Of a stretch of DNA of 64,000 nt, positions 45,602 to 59,314 are shown one piece after another; position 1 is the first letter of the stretch, and every line of letters starts with the position of its first letter. The stretch is from Marsupella aquatica. Lineage: Eukaryota; Plantae; Marchantiophyta. The position numbers and the translations under genes were made by a program. Under the pieces are notes generated by a model. It was not told the origin of the DNA. It made no database searches and saw nothing but the letters and a program-made list of their open reading frames with translations. The DNA is taken from contig OZ316893.1 of NCBI GenBank assembly GCA_973895155.1, positions 22,293,844 to 22,357,843 of the forward strand. Reading direction: 5' to 3'.

Positions 45602-48600
45602 ATAATTATGTAAGAGCAATGCCATGCCTAACGGCAAAAAAATGGAGTACAAGAGCAAGTCCCAGAGCAAGTTAGGATGGGAAACTTTCCAGCCATTGAG
45701 ATCCTCACCTCAAACTCCCTAGTAGAATAATCACAACTGAAGATACTTAGTTGAATCCGGGGTTGAATCCTGATATGTCTAGTTAATCTGTAGAAATTGA
45801 GAACTCCAAGTTGTGTTGAATCAAATGGTTATACCTTGGTTCTTCAGCTGACCATAAACAATACGTTTGAAGACCATCGCATAGGAACCATCTACCACCC
45901 CTACAGAACCAAGATACATTAAGTTGTCAGATGAACTACTGCATTTTGATAAACCTTAAAAAGAACCTAGCTTTCTTATAATGTGACAAGCATACTACGG
46001 CTTAGAGAACAAATTTCTAACCACAACACTTCAAAATCCAGAATTAGACTCCTGGACCAACATGAAAAGATCTCACTGGACGACATCAATCTGTTAGGTA
46101 GAGACATAACTGTTATCTCCAAGTTTCCCCACAAGTTCCACATAGTGATTAAGTCTTTACTTTGTTACTCTACTATATAGGTTTTGACTCTCTGTTTTGG
46201 CTTTTTGTATGTATGTGGTGTTGTGTTTGCAAATTGTTGTTTTTTTTGAATTTGGCATTGTGAGATGAAATCATAGTGCTCAGGGTCTCCAGGAGCATTA
46301 ACAGGACGGAGCTCAAATGCATTGTACGTTCTCAATAATAGATTAACACTTGAAAAGTTTGAGGAAAACCCTGGGTAGTTGTGAAAATAAGGGTATTTTG
46401 GTAGGAAGCACATCCATGAGGTTATAAATATCTCCTTAGGGATAGTTAGCTCAATGAATCTTTGTGTGACCAAAAGCTATTGGGAGACAAGAAATATCCT
46501 TCAAGAGGGCCTCTTCTTTTGCTCAAAATTATATAATTTCCAAAATCTTGATATTATTTTTAAGAAACCAAGGGTCATAGTCAAAGAAGGGGAGTGTCAT
46601 TTTTCTATTTGTCCACAAATCATTATGCAATTTGATCATGTAAACCCTAAACCCTAAACCCTAAAGTCAAACATAATAAAAATTGAAATGATTGCCTAAA
46701 GTAAATGATTAGTCATGGGGATTAGGGGCAGTCTAGGGGTGGGGGACCTGTGCCCGGGCCCTCACTCTATGTATATTAAGTATATCGTTGTTATATGTAA
46801 AAAATTAATTTCTGATAACGTTTTACACCCTTAGGTGCCTTATAAAACTGGTGAAATCTATATTTGAAAACCCATTCAGGAATTATAATTAGGAAAACCC
46901 AACATAGGGCTAGCATACCAGATATACAAGTATTCCAAACAAAAGGATGCATACAGTCACACATACAATTTATATAATTATGTTTGAATGACCAGTTTGG
47001 CCAAACTGGTCCCCAAAACTGGTATAGGCTCTAAGACAAAAGATCTGGACCTTTCAAGACTTTGATCTGTGCACTCCCCACAAAACTCTGAATCTGTCAT
47101 ACCAAAGCCTTTCCCAAACTTACCCCCTCACTAAACCCCCAAAACCCTTTTACCCCTGCTTTTACCTTAGGATAGGCGCACCCATTAAAATGGAAATATA
47201 AGGATTTGCCACATATTGCAAAGAGACCTTGCCACATGGACCACTTATACAATGACGCATGGCACATACATTATAAGACCCCTTCAGTCTGATTAATATG
47301 CCACCACTTTGGAAATATCTTTCTGACTTATAAACCCAAACTTGTATAAATTTGGAGGTTGGTTTGTTGTAATTTAATTAAAAAAATTAGTCGGAATGGG
47401 ATTAAAAACACCCTTCAAGTGGGCAAGTAATACTCATTCCCCAAAGTTAGCTCAATGAACAATCTGAGTTGGGTTAAGTTTTATGAAATGAAAGAAGTAT
47501 CCTCGAACTAAACAACTCTATGGCAAGCAGAAACAATTGCCACACTCTTGAGAGTCTGCGTTATGTATTCCCATCATTCCGTAAGCGACCTGAGAAGTGA
47601 CCTTGTTGTGACAGTTTCTATGAGGGTTTTATTTATGTCTTGTGGGTTAGCAATCACCAAAACCTGGAAAGGCCCAAGTTTGGAAGGTATTAGTCTCCAC
47701 CCGACTGCCAGCCCGACTCTGCACCCCTAATACTTCCTGTACTTTGGAGTCAATTGTATTTATAATGACAAATTGAATACTAAATTTTGATAGCATACCT
47801 CTTTGCAAATGAAACATAATCTTTATTCTTTCTTGATTCAGATAGGGTATGTTTGTCCGCATGCAGCAAACACAATATTTGTTTTTACTTGTTCTAGGAG
47901 GGAGACAGTGTTGGAGTCTTCTCTTTTATCATATGTGCTAAGTCAAGAATTTAACTAAGTTCTTTTATTCTTCTTTTCTCTTTTGTCATGTAATGCAGTC
48001 ATTGCGCTTTCATTCCTTTACTATTCACTTTTTAAAGATTCTTTCCTCCTTTTCAACTTAAAAAATAGTTTAGTCATTGCCCTCTTATCTGCTTACTGTT
48101 CATTCTTTTATAAAATCTCATTTTTCTACTTTTCAAGTAAAAACGTCATGTTTGCATCTTTTCACTCGAACTCTATTTATTTTTTCCTTTCTTTGGCACA
48201 TGACACTATTGTACGTAGTGAGGTACCCCCTCTTGGCCCTCCCTTGCCTTTGCCCATTGAACCACTATGTTCACGGTTAACTAAGAGTTTTTCAGGTAAT
48301 GAAAAGATATGTTACTCCTGACTCATTGGAGAGTCATTCATGTGACTGTGGTAAGTAAGTCAAAAGGATTTGATGATAAGTAGCATAAGGACATTACAAT
48401 CTAGTTCTATACCTAAAGAACTCAATTGTGCCATGGCTTAAGTTATTTAATCTCATGGTGTACATTAATTTGCGCCAAATATAATTAATATACCCTTTCC
48501 CCAAATGTGACCAATTGTTTATGACCAAATGTTGGGGATCAGTAAGTTGGACTACTGTTTTGTGTAAGAGGATGCACGGTTATATCAATGGGAACTTCCA

Positions 48601-51600
48601 CGTAACAGTTGGCTCCATTATCTTCGATCAATGTCTAGTGCCAACCATCTGAACAACTTGTGCCAACTCAAGACTTTGAGGGAGGTTGGCACTAACCAAT
48701 GCCACACTTTACAATGTCATATTTTTCAGTAGTGACACTAACCAATATGGCCTTGAACCATGTTTACCAATAAGGCATCTCAAAGTTTCAAATAATGTGT
48801 CTCAAAGCTGCTTACATACAGACATCACAAGTTATGGACAGGCGGGTGGACAGTACGTTTATGGGCAGAACAAGTTATGAACTACCGAAGTCATAATTTA
48901 TCACTTTTTGCCATAACAATTGGATATATGTCTTGATCATAAGTGAATGAAGAGGTTACTGAAAAATAAAAAATAAACCTTTTGAATAATTAAGTTTGTG
49001 CAAAAGCTATGGCCAGCCATCCTCCGCTTTTCCTTATGGCCAAGCCAAATTTGATGGCAAGGGTTCCCTCCATTTCCTCTAACTTGAATTAATGTCCCAT
49101 TTTTCAGTGCATGTCTCCCGCTCATGTTTTGGGTGAAAAGTTCACATTGAGTGGATTTCTCGTGCGCACTGCTGTGTGAGTGCCTGCAAGGTAGTCAAGT
49201 AGCAAGTATAGTGGGAGTTCAAAATCTGGAATTCGATCTTATGAGTAAGGTGAGTTGCGGGAAAGTTTGAAGCGTGAGCTACATCAAGTTAGTTTGCTAG
49301 GTCAAAGCAAGTATAGTGGGAGCTCAAAATCTGAAGGTCAATCTTGTGAGTTGCAGGAAAGTTTGGAGCGAGAGCTACATCAAGTTGTGCTTTGGTGCAA
49401 GTGCTGAGACCCTGAACTGTGAGTTGGAGCTGAAGAATGATTTGGACCTCAACCGTGAGCTGGAGTTGAGCTAAGTTTTGGCAAGATGGAGCTGGAATAC
49501 AGGACTGTGAGTCGTTGCTGAGTGAGTGCTAGGACTGTGAGTAATCGCTGAGTGAGTGCTGCGCTGAGGTGACCTGATGTGAAAGTGATGGAGAATAGGT
49601 GAGCTAGCCTGTATGTGGAATGTATGTCGTCACTTTGCATCTATGTGTATAATTTTGATATCGACCAAAGTGAAGCAGAGCCTTGCTGCAAGGGTTTGCT
49701 AGCAGTTCCCATCACCTGCACTGTTTTTCATTCGTTTCTTCCAAGCAGAGCCTTGCCACAGGGGTTTGCTAGCAGTTCCCATCACCTGCGCTATTCTTTA
49801 TTTGTTTCTTCCTGGCTCCCGGTTGTAATGGAGGATCGATGTTCCTTCAAACTCCTTCTCTGACTTGTCTTCCGATCTCAGTGTTTACTCAACAAGAAGT
49901 CTTGCTCATGGGCTTGTTTCAAAAGCATTTGAAAATCCTTTCCAACGATGCCTTAATCGCCTGTTTTCATCCAGTATTATTGAAAATCGTGTCACATTGA
50001 CCCAGTCAACATTTATGCATTTTTCTGTATCTAGCTATGTTATTTTTGCATTTTTTGCCTACTTACGATTCATATTGTGTCTTCCTCTTTCTCTCAAAAC
50101 CTGAGTGTCTAGGTTTGTTGGATGCGGCTTGACTTCTTCTTTCCAACGGTATAAAGAATGACACATTTGGTTTCCAGATCTTCCTACTCCGTAACATTTA
50201 TGTGCTTTCATTGGAGCTCTGCATGACAGCTACATTTTTTCTATTCTCCTAACACTATGCCTGCTTCCGTTGGACAGGAGCGCTGCATGTCGGCGACGTA
50301 TTTTATTGTTGCGCCTCTCCCAGAGAGCTAGTTTCTCCCAACAGGTATAGATCTCGGTTTTATTCTGAAGGTTATGTGATTGTTGGAAGCCAGGTACAGT
50401 AGTTCCCTATCTATTTTTAACGTTCTTAGCAATCTGATTGGAACAAGGATAAGACGAATTGACCATACAGTGATATTCAAACTTAGAAAGTTTGACAAAG
50501 CTTGCAATAGATTAGAATTTAATTCTCAATGTGGATGTCAGCCTGACAAAAACTAGAATCTAGATCCATGCGTGAGATTATCTAACAAATGCCAAATTTT
50601 AAAACAATTCTGTAATTAGAAGGATAGCTACACAGCATAAAATTAAAATAGTAGTACATTTGTCTTGTGTGTAGATGGACACATTTTCTTTATTCTTCTG
50701 ATGTCATTTGTACTTCCATTGGACAGGAGCGCTGCATGTCAAATATGTAATTTAGTGCTGCGATCCTCCCAGGGATGCTATTCAGAGTTAAACTACTACT
50801 TCACCAACAACGTACTTCACCAACAACAGAAGGTAGATCTGGTTTTCATTACCAAGGTTATGTGATTGTTAAGAAGGTACTTCCCTGTCTATTTTAATAT
50901 TCTTACCACTTTGATTGGAAGAGGAATATTGCTCTCCTAGTTTTACGTCAGACAACACAAATTATGAAACTATAATGTACTCTACATATTGATTCATCAC
51001 TTTGCTTCCGACATGTGTTCTAACCAAGAGCAATGGCATTGATAAATTGTCTTGTAGACGTACATGAATATAATTTGTAAAGTTTTTTATGTGCATCTCA
51101 TCGTTTTCTGCTGCATGCAATTAAATACTGTGGTGGGTTTGCCAAAGTTTCAGTTCATTGTTTTAGCTTGTTGAAAATTATATTCACTGTTTATCTTCTT
51201 TAGTGGTGGCCTTGTGATACTAAAGTTTGTTGCCTGGACATGTAGGTCCAAGACAACTTTGACTTCAACACAATAGAGTGAGCAACAGGCGTAGCCGTTG
51301 ACAGTAAAAGCACAGGTCAGATTTGGGTATGCACTAATCTATTATTGGGCAACTGCATATAATTAGCCTCTACGTGCCAGAAGTCAGCCCTATCAATAAT
51401 GCTAAAGAGGCCGTAGATCGAGTCACTCAAGGAGAGGTATCTTTGTTGGGACTGTGTATGGATCGAGTATCAATTGCAAGCATTCTTAGCACAAGGCTTG
51501 GTTTCTGTGCAAAGACAACTCAGACTAGTATATGGACGTACGTAGAGTTTAAGAAATTAATCTAAAAATTTGCTGCTAATTCATAACTAATCAATCGATC

Positions 51601-53264
51601 ATGGCAAGAAGCTGAATATTTAGTTTGATAGATCGAGGGCTTAGTTTGAGGTAAATTAAAAATGACTAGATCAAATATTTTGGGCCCAATTCTGGGCCTT
51701 CTAAGATCTAGGAATTGATCTCAGTTAGTAAGGGTCGATAATGTATATATTGGCATATATGTGATTGAGTAGAGTAGAGTAGAGAGTTCGGGACGACTAC
51801 CTGTGTCACAACATGAACTCATTTGTCCAACTTGCACGTCTTGGTCTAATTTAACAGTCACACTCTCACAGTCCGCAGTCTACCCGGCTGCCTACTCAGT
51901 TCAGTGTACAAGAATCAAGTGCCTTAGTTTCATTACGATGCTACATGTCGATAATATGCTTGTCAGAGTGTATGCTTGGCTGTGCAAACAGACCCATTCA
52001 AACAATTAATGCAGCAAACTGTTGTTGCTTACTGTTTGGCAGCCATGTGGAAGATAGTAGCTTAGAGCAACACTCAACAATAGATTTTCCAAGCACGCGG
52101 TAGGAAGACTAAATTTTGGTTGTATGTTTTCATTTGGTTCTACAAATCTCACATGCTTTTGATCAGATTGTCTTTTTCCCTTCAGAAGTGGTTGTTCTTT
52201 AAATTAGTGTTCCTTTGTCACCTCCGCCCTTGCTATTTGGGTGGATTGACTCATTTGTTGATCATGCCTCTCAGTATTGAGTCGTGTTCTTGTAACTCTT
52301 TGTGATTGGTAAGAGTTTTAATGCTCAACTTCTGGTTTTGTTCCTTTGTGTGGTGCAGTATGCTGCGTAAAGGCGTGGAAGGCCAGGACTATTCTCACAT
52401 GTTGTGTGAAGGCCAGGACTATTCTCAGTAGTAAGTGCTGCTACACGATTATACTGTTGGACATCCTTAAGTCTCTATCGTTGTTTTGGAGCCTTTGTTA
52501 ATTGGAAACTTCTTGTTATGGCATATCTGTTTGAATATATACCCTTTGATATTGGCTTTGTGAGCACATGATGAAGTGTGATCTTGGATGTGTTTGGCAG
52601 TCTAGGAAGGTGGATCGAGCTACCCCTTCTCATCTCAATAACTGGCCTAAACGTGGCATATATCCCTTTTTCTAATCCCCATCAGCGCGGAGTTGTTGAG
52701 GCTTGAGCTGGTCTGAGCAGGGTTGCTGAGCTAACTTGAAGTGCACTTGATCATAGGTAACCTGCCCTCAATCTCTGTAGTCCAGAGTGTGCTGAAGATT
52801 GCCATAGCAAGATTTGTCCTATTGTGCTTGACTATTCCTAAAGGTCATTTTATGTTCATTAACAATAACCAAAGTCTAAACTTGGAGGTCACAACTAAAA
52901 TTTTATGGAGGATTGTAATATCCCCTTCTTCCCACAATCCTAACTCAATCCATGAATCCTTCAAGTAAGCTGTTATGGACTGTACACCTTATCAAAGAAA
53001 TCATCCTTGAGGCCAGCAGCTAAGTTGTTACGGCCAGTGCATTTCCTGATCGAATCCGTTCCATGTTGTGGAGTCCCAATAAAATCACTCCACTCCTAGG
53101 TCAGCTATCATTCCAGCAATCCCACTTTATGAAATGGATTGCATTTTATCCCTACCAGCTCAAACCATGATGTGCAATTCAACTGTCTCTCACATGGTGT
53201 TCCCTTGGCCTCTCTGTGGTCAACTAAGCTAGCCTTCCTTTGAGGCAATACATTTATCAATTGC

Positions 53265-54180
53265 TGCATGAACCATGGCTTGTGCTGCGAAGCAATCTTT
53301 TACTCCCACTAAAGTGACCTCGATTATCCTCCTAGTCGGCCCTGTCTCTGAAATAGATTCCATGATTTCATATAGCACAAACCATGGTTTGCCCAACTTT
53401 ATGTTAAGTCTAATTCCACCACTCTGACCTCAACTCACCTTCCTTTGAGGCATTACATTTTCCAAATCTGGTGCCTTGTACCTATCGTGGCACAAACCAT
53501 GGTTCGTGTTGTGAAGGGGTAATATGACTCCCACTATCACAACTCACATCTGGACTTGGCTGTCCTTCCAGCCAACAATTTTCTAGCAAATGGATTTACA
53601 TTTGTACTTGCAGCACAAACAAGGATTTGCACATCATCCATGTCCACCCAGTCCAATTTCTAATCTTAATGAAGCTCAATTTTGCTTTCAAGGGCATGAA
53701 CCATGGTTTGCTCTGAAGTTTATCTTCCTAGTCAATTTTTCTAGACCTTGTTGCACAAAGGGACCTATTGATATTCGAGCCTTATTACTTCATGTTCATT
53801 TTGATTGTTAGTGTTGCCATTCATTTAACGTGAAAGTCATATCATTTGCAGTGCAAAATATGGTTTGCACTACTGAGAATAAGTATCACAAGCCCTCATT
53901 GCACAAATCTTGGTTTGCAGTGTCCCCATTGATTTGTCCTGAAGTTCATTCCCTGTAACCATTTGCAGAGCAAACCATGGTTTGCAGTACAAAGAATAAA
54001 TACCAGTCACAGCTAGCTATCTTGCACAAACCTTGGTTTGCACTGTCCCAGTAGTCTTTGATTCAATTCATTTAGATTCAAAGCTAACTATTATTCCATG
54101 AACGTTTGTTTGCACTATCCCTAGTCATCTTTGATTTCATCTAGATTTAGAGCTTGCAGCATGAACCATGGTTTGATGAT
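53265..54180. repeat. Array of palindromic AACCATGGTT motifs upstream of the ParB-like gene
   Basis: Exact copies at 53380, 53495, 53699, 53973, 54164 plus variants. Confidence 0.85.
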
Positions 54181-54370
54181 CTACATTTTGCCAGAATCCA
54201 AACTACTCTATGCTGTCCCTGGGAGAAAATTAAGTCAAACATTTCAAAATATCTGGTTTCTTTGAACATTCAACATGTTCTTTAAAGAATATCCTTGACA
54301 CATCTTGCCGATAGTATTCTTATGATCAAATTTGTTTTTGTTGTGAAGCAGAGCGAGAACGCACATAATC

Positions 54371-57300
54371 ATGGCATCCAAAGGAGAAACTAGCAAGAAG
54401 AAGCGGAAGTCTTTGGAAAAAACTGATGGAAGCACAAAAAAAAGGAAAGTCAAAGTTAGAAAGGGTGTCACAGGAGTGAATTCCATCACTAATTTTCGTG
54501 GGAGGAAGATGACATTGAAATCCACCATCACCGATACTGTTGTCCGAGTTGAACAGAAAGATATGAAGCACTGGGGAGTGGTGCTTGATAAGAATGTTCT
54601 TCGGATGTGCGTCGCTTCTGAAGAGGGGACTTTGGTATTGTCAGACTCTCGAATTCTCAGTTGTGTTTATGAGAAAAATGTCAACCTGAAAGACTGTCAA
54701 GAGGCTTTGGTCCTTCTGGTCAAGGAGGATACCGTCGATGAATCACAAAACAATAGGATTTGCTATTGTTTCTCCAGAGAGGTATTTGGGATGTTTGACC
54801 AAACATACATTGAGGCAAATTGCAGATTATCTCCGGAGGCATTCTCAGCCATTTTGGATCCCACATTCCCAAAGGTTTCTACACTCATAAATGGCCCAAG
54901 CATCGAGAGGTACATGTTATCCATCTTGGCATGGGCAAAATGCACCTTCCCGGAAACATTTCGTGTTGGAAAGAAGGAGGAACTTGAGAAGCAATCCAAG
55001 TTTGAAACAGGAGAACTTCCAAAAGTGATCACTGGAGAAAACATTGGAGATCTTTGCAAGAGTTTCAATGGTGTTTATATAAAAGCAAACATCTTTGATA
55101 GTAGAGTTTTCAATGTTGAAAATTCGAAATGCCACATTGCACCCAATGTTGTAAAATGTAGAGGACATGACCCTGATTACTCAAGGGACCTTGCCAACTC
55201 GATGAAATTTCAGTCGTTGGTAAATTTTGAGAAGCGGGTTTGTTTCCTCATCCCAGTGCTTTGGGATGAGAGCAGGAGCACTGAAGTTGGCTATTGTGGG
55301 ACTCCATTGTCACACCCACCGATCCTTGATCAAATTGACAATTATCATTTTTGGATAATTGGAGGCCAGCACACAGTAATAGCTTACCGATTACTTTTGA
55401 ATGATGAATCAGTGGATGCTGCTATTCATCAAAAATGCCTTACAATTGATCTCGTGATGTTTTGGGCACCATATGATTTGGCTGGGAACCTGGTAATGAT
55501 GGGATTATCAAAGACATTGAATCATGTCCATCACACAGCGATGGATGAATCCCAATTTTTCTTGATTGCAAGACACGTCAGAGATATTTGGAAAAGTTAT
55601 GGATGTCCTCCTTCAGAGACAAACAGCACCAAAGATTCAAAATGGAAGGTAAGAGTCATATATTTCATAAGTTTATTTTTATTCTTGTTTAACTTCTGCT
55701 AGTGCATCTGAATGCAATAGAATGTGAAAAGTAGAATAGTGTGAACCATGGTTCGTATCCACCTAATGATTTTAGTTGTGTGTGAACAGCACTTCTCAAA
55801 AGCAGCAATGATTGTCATCCCTTGGGCTAAAGAGGAGAATGGAAAATTTAATTTGGGTGAACTTGGACCTTTCATCTTAAATATGACAGATTCCACCTTC
55901 AACTTGTGGATGAAAGTTTACGAGATGTCAAGAGAAGGAAAATTGGTTGCTTTCAATGGGTTCTTACAGAGAGATGTTATTAAGAAAGATTCTGCTCGAG
56001 GAGCTTGGGAGGTGGCACGAAGAACATTTTGGGATTTTCTTGGTGTTGAAGATGTAGTGTTGATGAAGATTGCAAGGTATCTTCTTACCAATAAGAAGAT
56101 CTCACTAATGAAGCAACGAAGTAGCGGAATTGCAAAGAAGATAGATGCAGTTCCTATCGAAGAAGATTTCATTGCTCTTGATGAGTATTGCGTTCAAAAG
56201 AAGCAGGATAAGGAGTTTGAGATACTGCTTTTGAAATATCTTGCAAAAGATAATATGTAAGGGGAAACTACGAGCGTTGCCCATGGAGCAGAGAATCGAG
56301 AAGGTGAATGCAATGCGAGCTTTTTTTAAGCTTACTCCAGATAAAGTTGAAAAACTTTGAACTACGCTTGGACCTGCAGTAATCCCAAAATCATTAACGA
56401 AGAACACTGGAAATGACGAGTTGCAAAATCTTATGCCTGGAGTTTTTAAGAGTTTGATATGGTCAATCAGGGCTTCAGTGGATGGAAAAGGTAATCCGGT
56501 GGTTGTGAAACTTGACTCAAAACTTAGGTTTTGTTCAAATGAGGGATTTGGAACTCCTGCATTTTTTCGTCCAATCATCTTGGAATTGAAAGAAATGGCA
56601 ACATTCATATTCTTGGATGCTACCATGATACCTGGAATAAGTCCCATGACACGGAAGACATATGAAGCATTCTTTGATGCAGCTTCTATGATTGGGTCCA
56701 AACCATCTCATGTCGTGGTAGTGATATCATCTGCGATCGACTCTTTCTTTGTGATGAGTGCCATTTCAGCACACCCACATTATGTTGCATTCACAACACA
56801 ATACTAGACACAATCTCGACCGTCATCTTCTACATCGACAATTTATGATGTCAATTGTCTTTTTGTAACTTATGCATTCTTCAAAGTGTCATTCACTGAA
56901 GAATGTGAGGCGATGAGATTTCAGGAAAATTTTTGTTAAGCTTTAAGAAAGCAGGATGTTTGGAGAATTATGAAGAGACAACAGAAGATGTTGCAGAGCA
57001 GACTCAGCTTGGGGAGAAAAGCAAGAGTTTCTATGATAACTTGACTTCTCAACTTGTCTCATTTGACAAGTTTTCTGTCTATTTTGGAGATGGCCGACAT
57101 CTGATCCACTCCCTTTTGGTATGAGTTTTTAAACCCCAAACCTTACAGTTGAAAGTTCATTTAATTATTCAACTATATTGAAATCCCAAGTATTAAAACT
57201 CTCATGGTTTTGCAGAACTTGGGAGCTCGGGTACGTTCATATTGTGACAAGTCTAATCACGAAGGACTTACGCAGTTCTTTTCTTCCACAAACAAGTTTA

Positions 57301-57653
57301 ATCATGATCAGCCTGAAGAAGCATCATGTGAACTTTGAAGTATTTTAGAGAAAAATATTGCCAGATTGATGAAGTATAATTTGGCCAAGAAGAATATGAG
57401 AGAGGACATTATTGAGCTTTGCAAAGATACCTTACACCTTGGTGAAAGTAGTATTGCTTGTGTGATCAAGGAATATGGATTGGGCGACATTCCTGAATCA
57501 GATGACAAAGTCTACGAAATGCCAACCAATGTTCCTACTGTCCACTTGGAGGTTAATATGACTACCATTTGTTATAAACTACCATATTCAATAGCTAATG
57601 ATGAATTAAGTAGCCAAACTTGTCATATGCCAGATATGAATCATGAATTATAA
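54371..57653 (+). pseudogene. Multi-exon decayed gene with ParB/Srx-like motif and possible MTase-like C-terminal region
   Basis: CRGHDPDYSRDLANSM...FWIIGGQHTVIAYRLL; phase-0 introns 55649-55789 and 57119-57215; several stops and frameshifts after 56258. Confidence 0.6.
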
Positions 57654-58580
57654 ATCGATGTTCTCAAGAGAATGATGTACATGATTTGATATAGAATGAT
57701 TGATTGATGAAAATATTAGAATGAACCATGGTTGGAACAAGTTGGATGTGTGAAGTTAGATAAATTTATCAAGACAATATAGAACCTATTATTTGGTATA
57801 GTCCAAACATTTCAAATGGATAATAACACTAGTACATTTTAGGCACTTTTCCCATACTAAAAACACGCATTTCTCAACGCGCCCGATACTAAACACAACG
57901 AAAAACTTCCGATACTCCCAGCTACGGAACTTCCGATACTACCCAAATCGGACATTATTATCCGATATGTTTTGTATCGAAAACTTTATCCAATACCCAT
58001 CATATCGGACAATGTCCGAAACATCCTGTATCACAAATTGAGAGCCGACATGTTTTTCAGACGTCCGATAATAATAGTATTGAAAGCTAATTCCGATAGG
58101 TTTGGTTTCGGACATTTACCGATACAAAATGTATCGGACATATTGTTGCAATACTAGTTACAATGGAAATCATTTGTGAAGGCTGAGGTATCGGTTACTA
58201 TCCGTTGAAATTTCTATCGGACCCCTCCTCGGCTGCGGGCTTAAGCGTCCGATCTGTGGAGTATCGGATAGTGGCTTCCGATTGTTATAGTATCGGAAAA
58301 TCCGATACTTTGAGGATGGGAAGGGGTTTTTTGCTTTGGCAGTACTGATGTGTGTCCGATATGTTTCCGATGGTATTTGAATGGGACATATGGGACTTTA
58401 GTGTTTTACAATGTATAGGTTGCATGGAATTAATGGATTCAGATATGGGGCATACTTTAAGCAATAGATTTGTATACTGCATGAAATTGTGGACAATTAG
58501 AAAAATCATAGAATGCCGATAAAAAGATAGTGCCGGTAAAAATATACATGAAGATGGTGGGGTCTACAATTTATACTAAC

Positions 58581-59314
58581 TCATGGGGGTATGTCTCTAT
58601 CTTCCACTACAACTACGTTGGGTCTCTCTTGGACTATGGACCATGATCTGGGAATATACGGCATGACAATGGACCACTCGGGGTCATTGGGATAGGGTAG
58701 GTAAAAGCATTGCTCAAGGTGATGTGGGAAGGCAAAGGGATCTGAGGACCTCCAGTTGGAACTGATGACACTATTTGCTGATGTCTTCAAACGAGTAAAA
58801 CCGCATGCATCATCTTCACAAGTATGATTGTGGCCTACAAGATTCATCTTGAACCATTTGCACTTGAATACCACTTCCTCCAAAGTAGTATGTGCATGGT
58901 ACTTCACTGTTAGGATCTCCTCAATCTTCCCATAATGGGCCACGGTGGAGCGAATGGGATTCATGTCTGACATGTTACTCTGGGAATCTTGGGTGAACCA
59001 ACCCATCACCCCACAATCCTGTGTAGCTGCCCTCTTCTCATTAAGTCGTTCCACACGAAAATGTCTCCCCTTTGACCACATGGCAGTCCGAGTCGTGACT
59101 ATAAGTAGTGGACCATGAATCAAGGTACGAAGTTTATCTGTCACGTTTGGGTAGTGTAATACACTCTCCCCGGTACCCACCAGGGCATCCACTTCTAACA
59201 ACTTCTCCTTCATGTATGGGTGAAACTTGGGAAATAACCGTGGGCGTCGACTGTTTTGCTTCTCCTCCTCATAAAATGTTGTCCACTCCCCGACAACCTC
59301 GGGTGAGTTATACA
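58581..59314 (-). pseudogene. CACTA-2 TnpD C-terminal part, interrupted by a solo LTR
   Basis: HYGKIEEIL...FKCKWF...PFAFPHHLEQCFY; homologous to 19150-20140. Confidence 0.88.

Noticed and set aside
46990-47011. 22-bp perfect palindrome GACCAGTTTGGCCAAACTGGTC
   Set aside because: Single occurrence with no supporting context
53265-54180. CRISPR-like interpretation of the spaced palindromic repeats
   Set aside because: Repeats are short, degenerate and irregularly spaced, with no cas genes and a eukaryotic context
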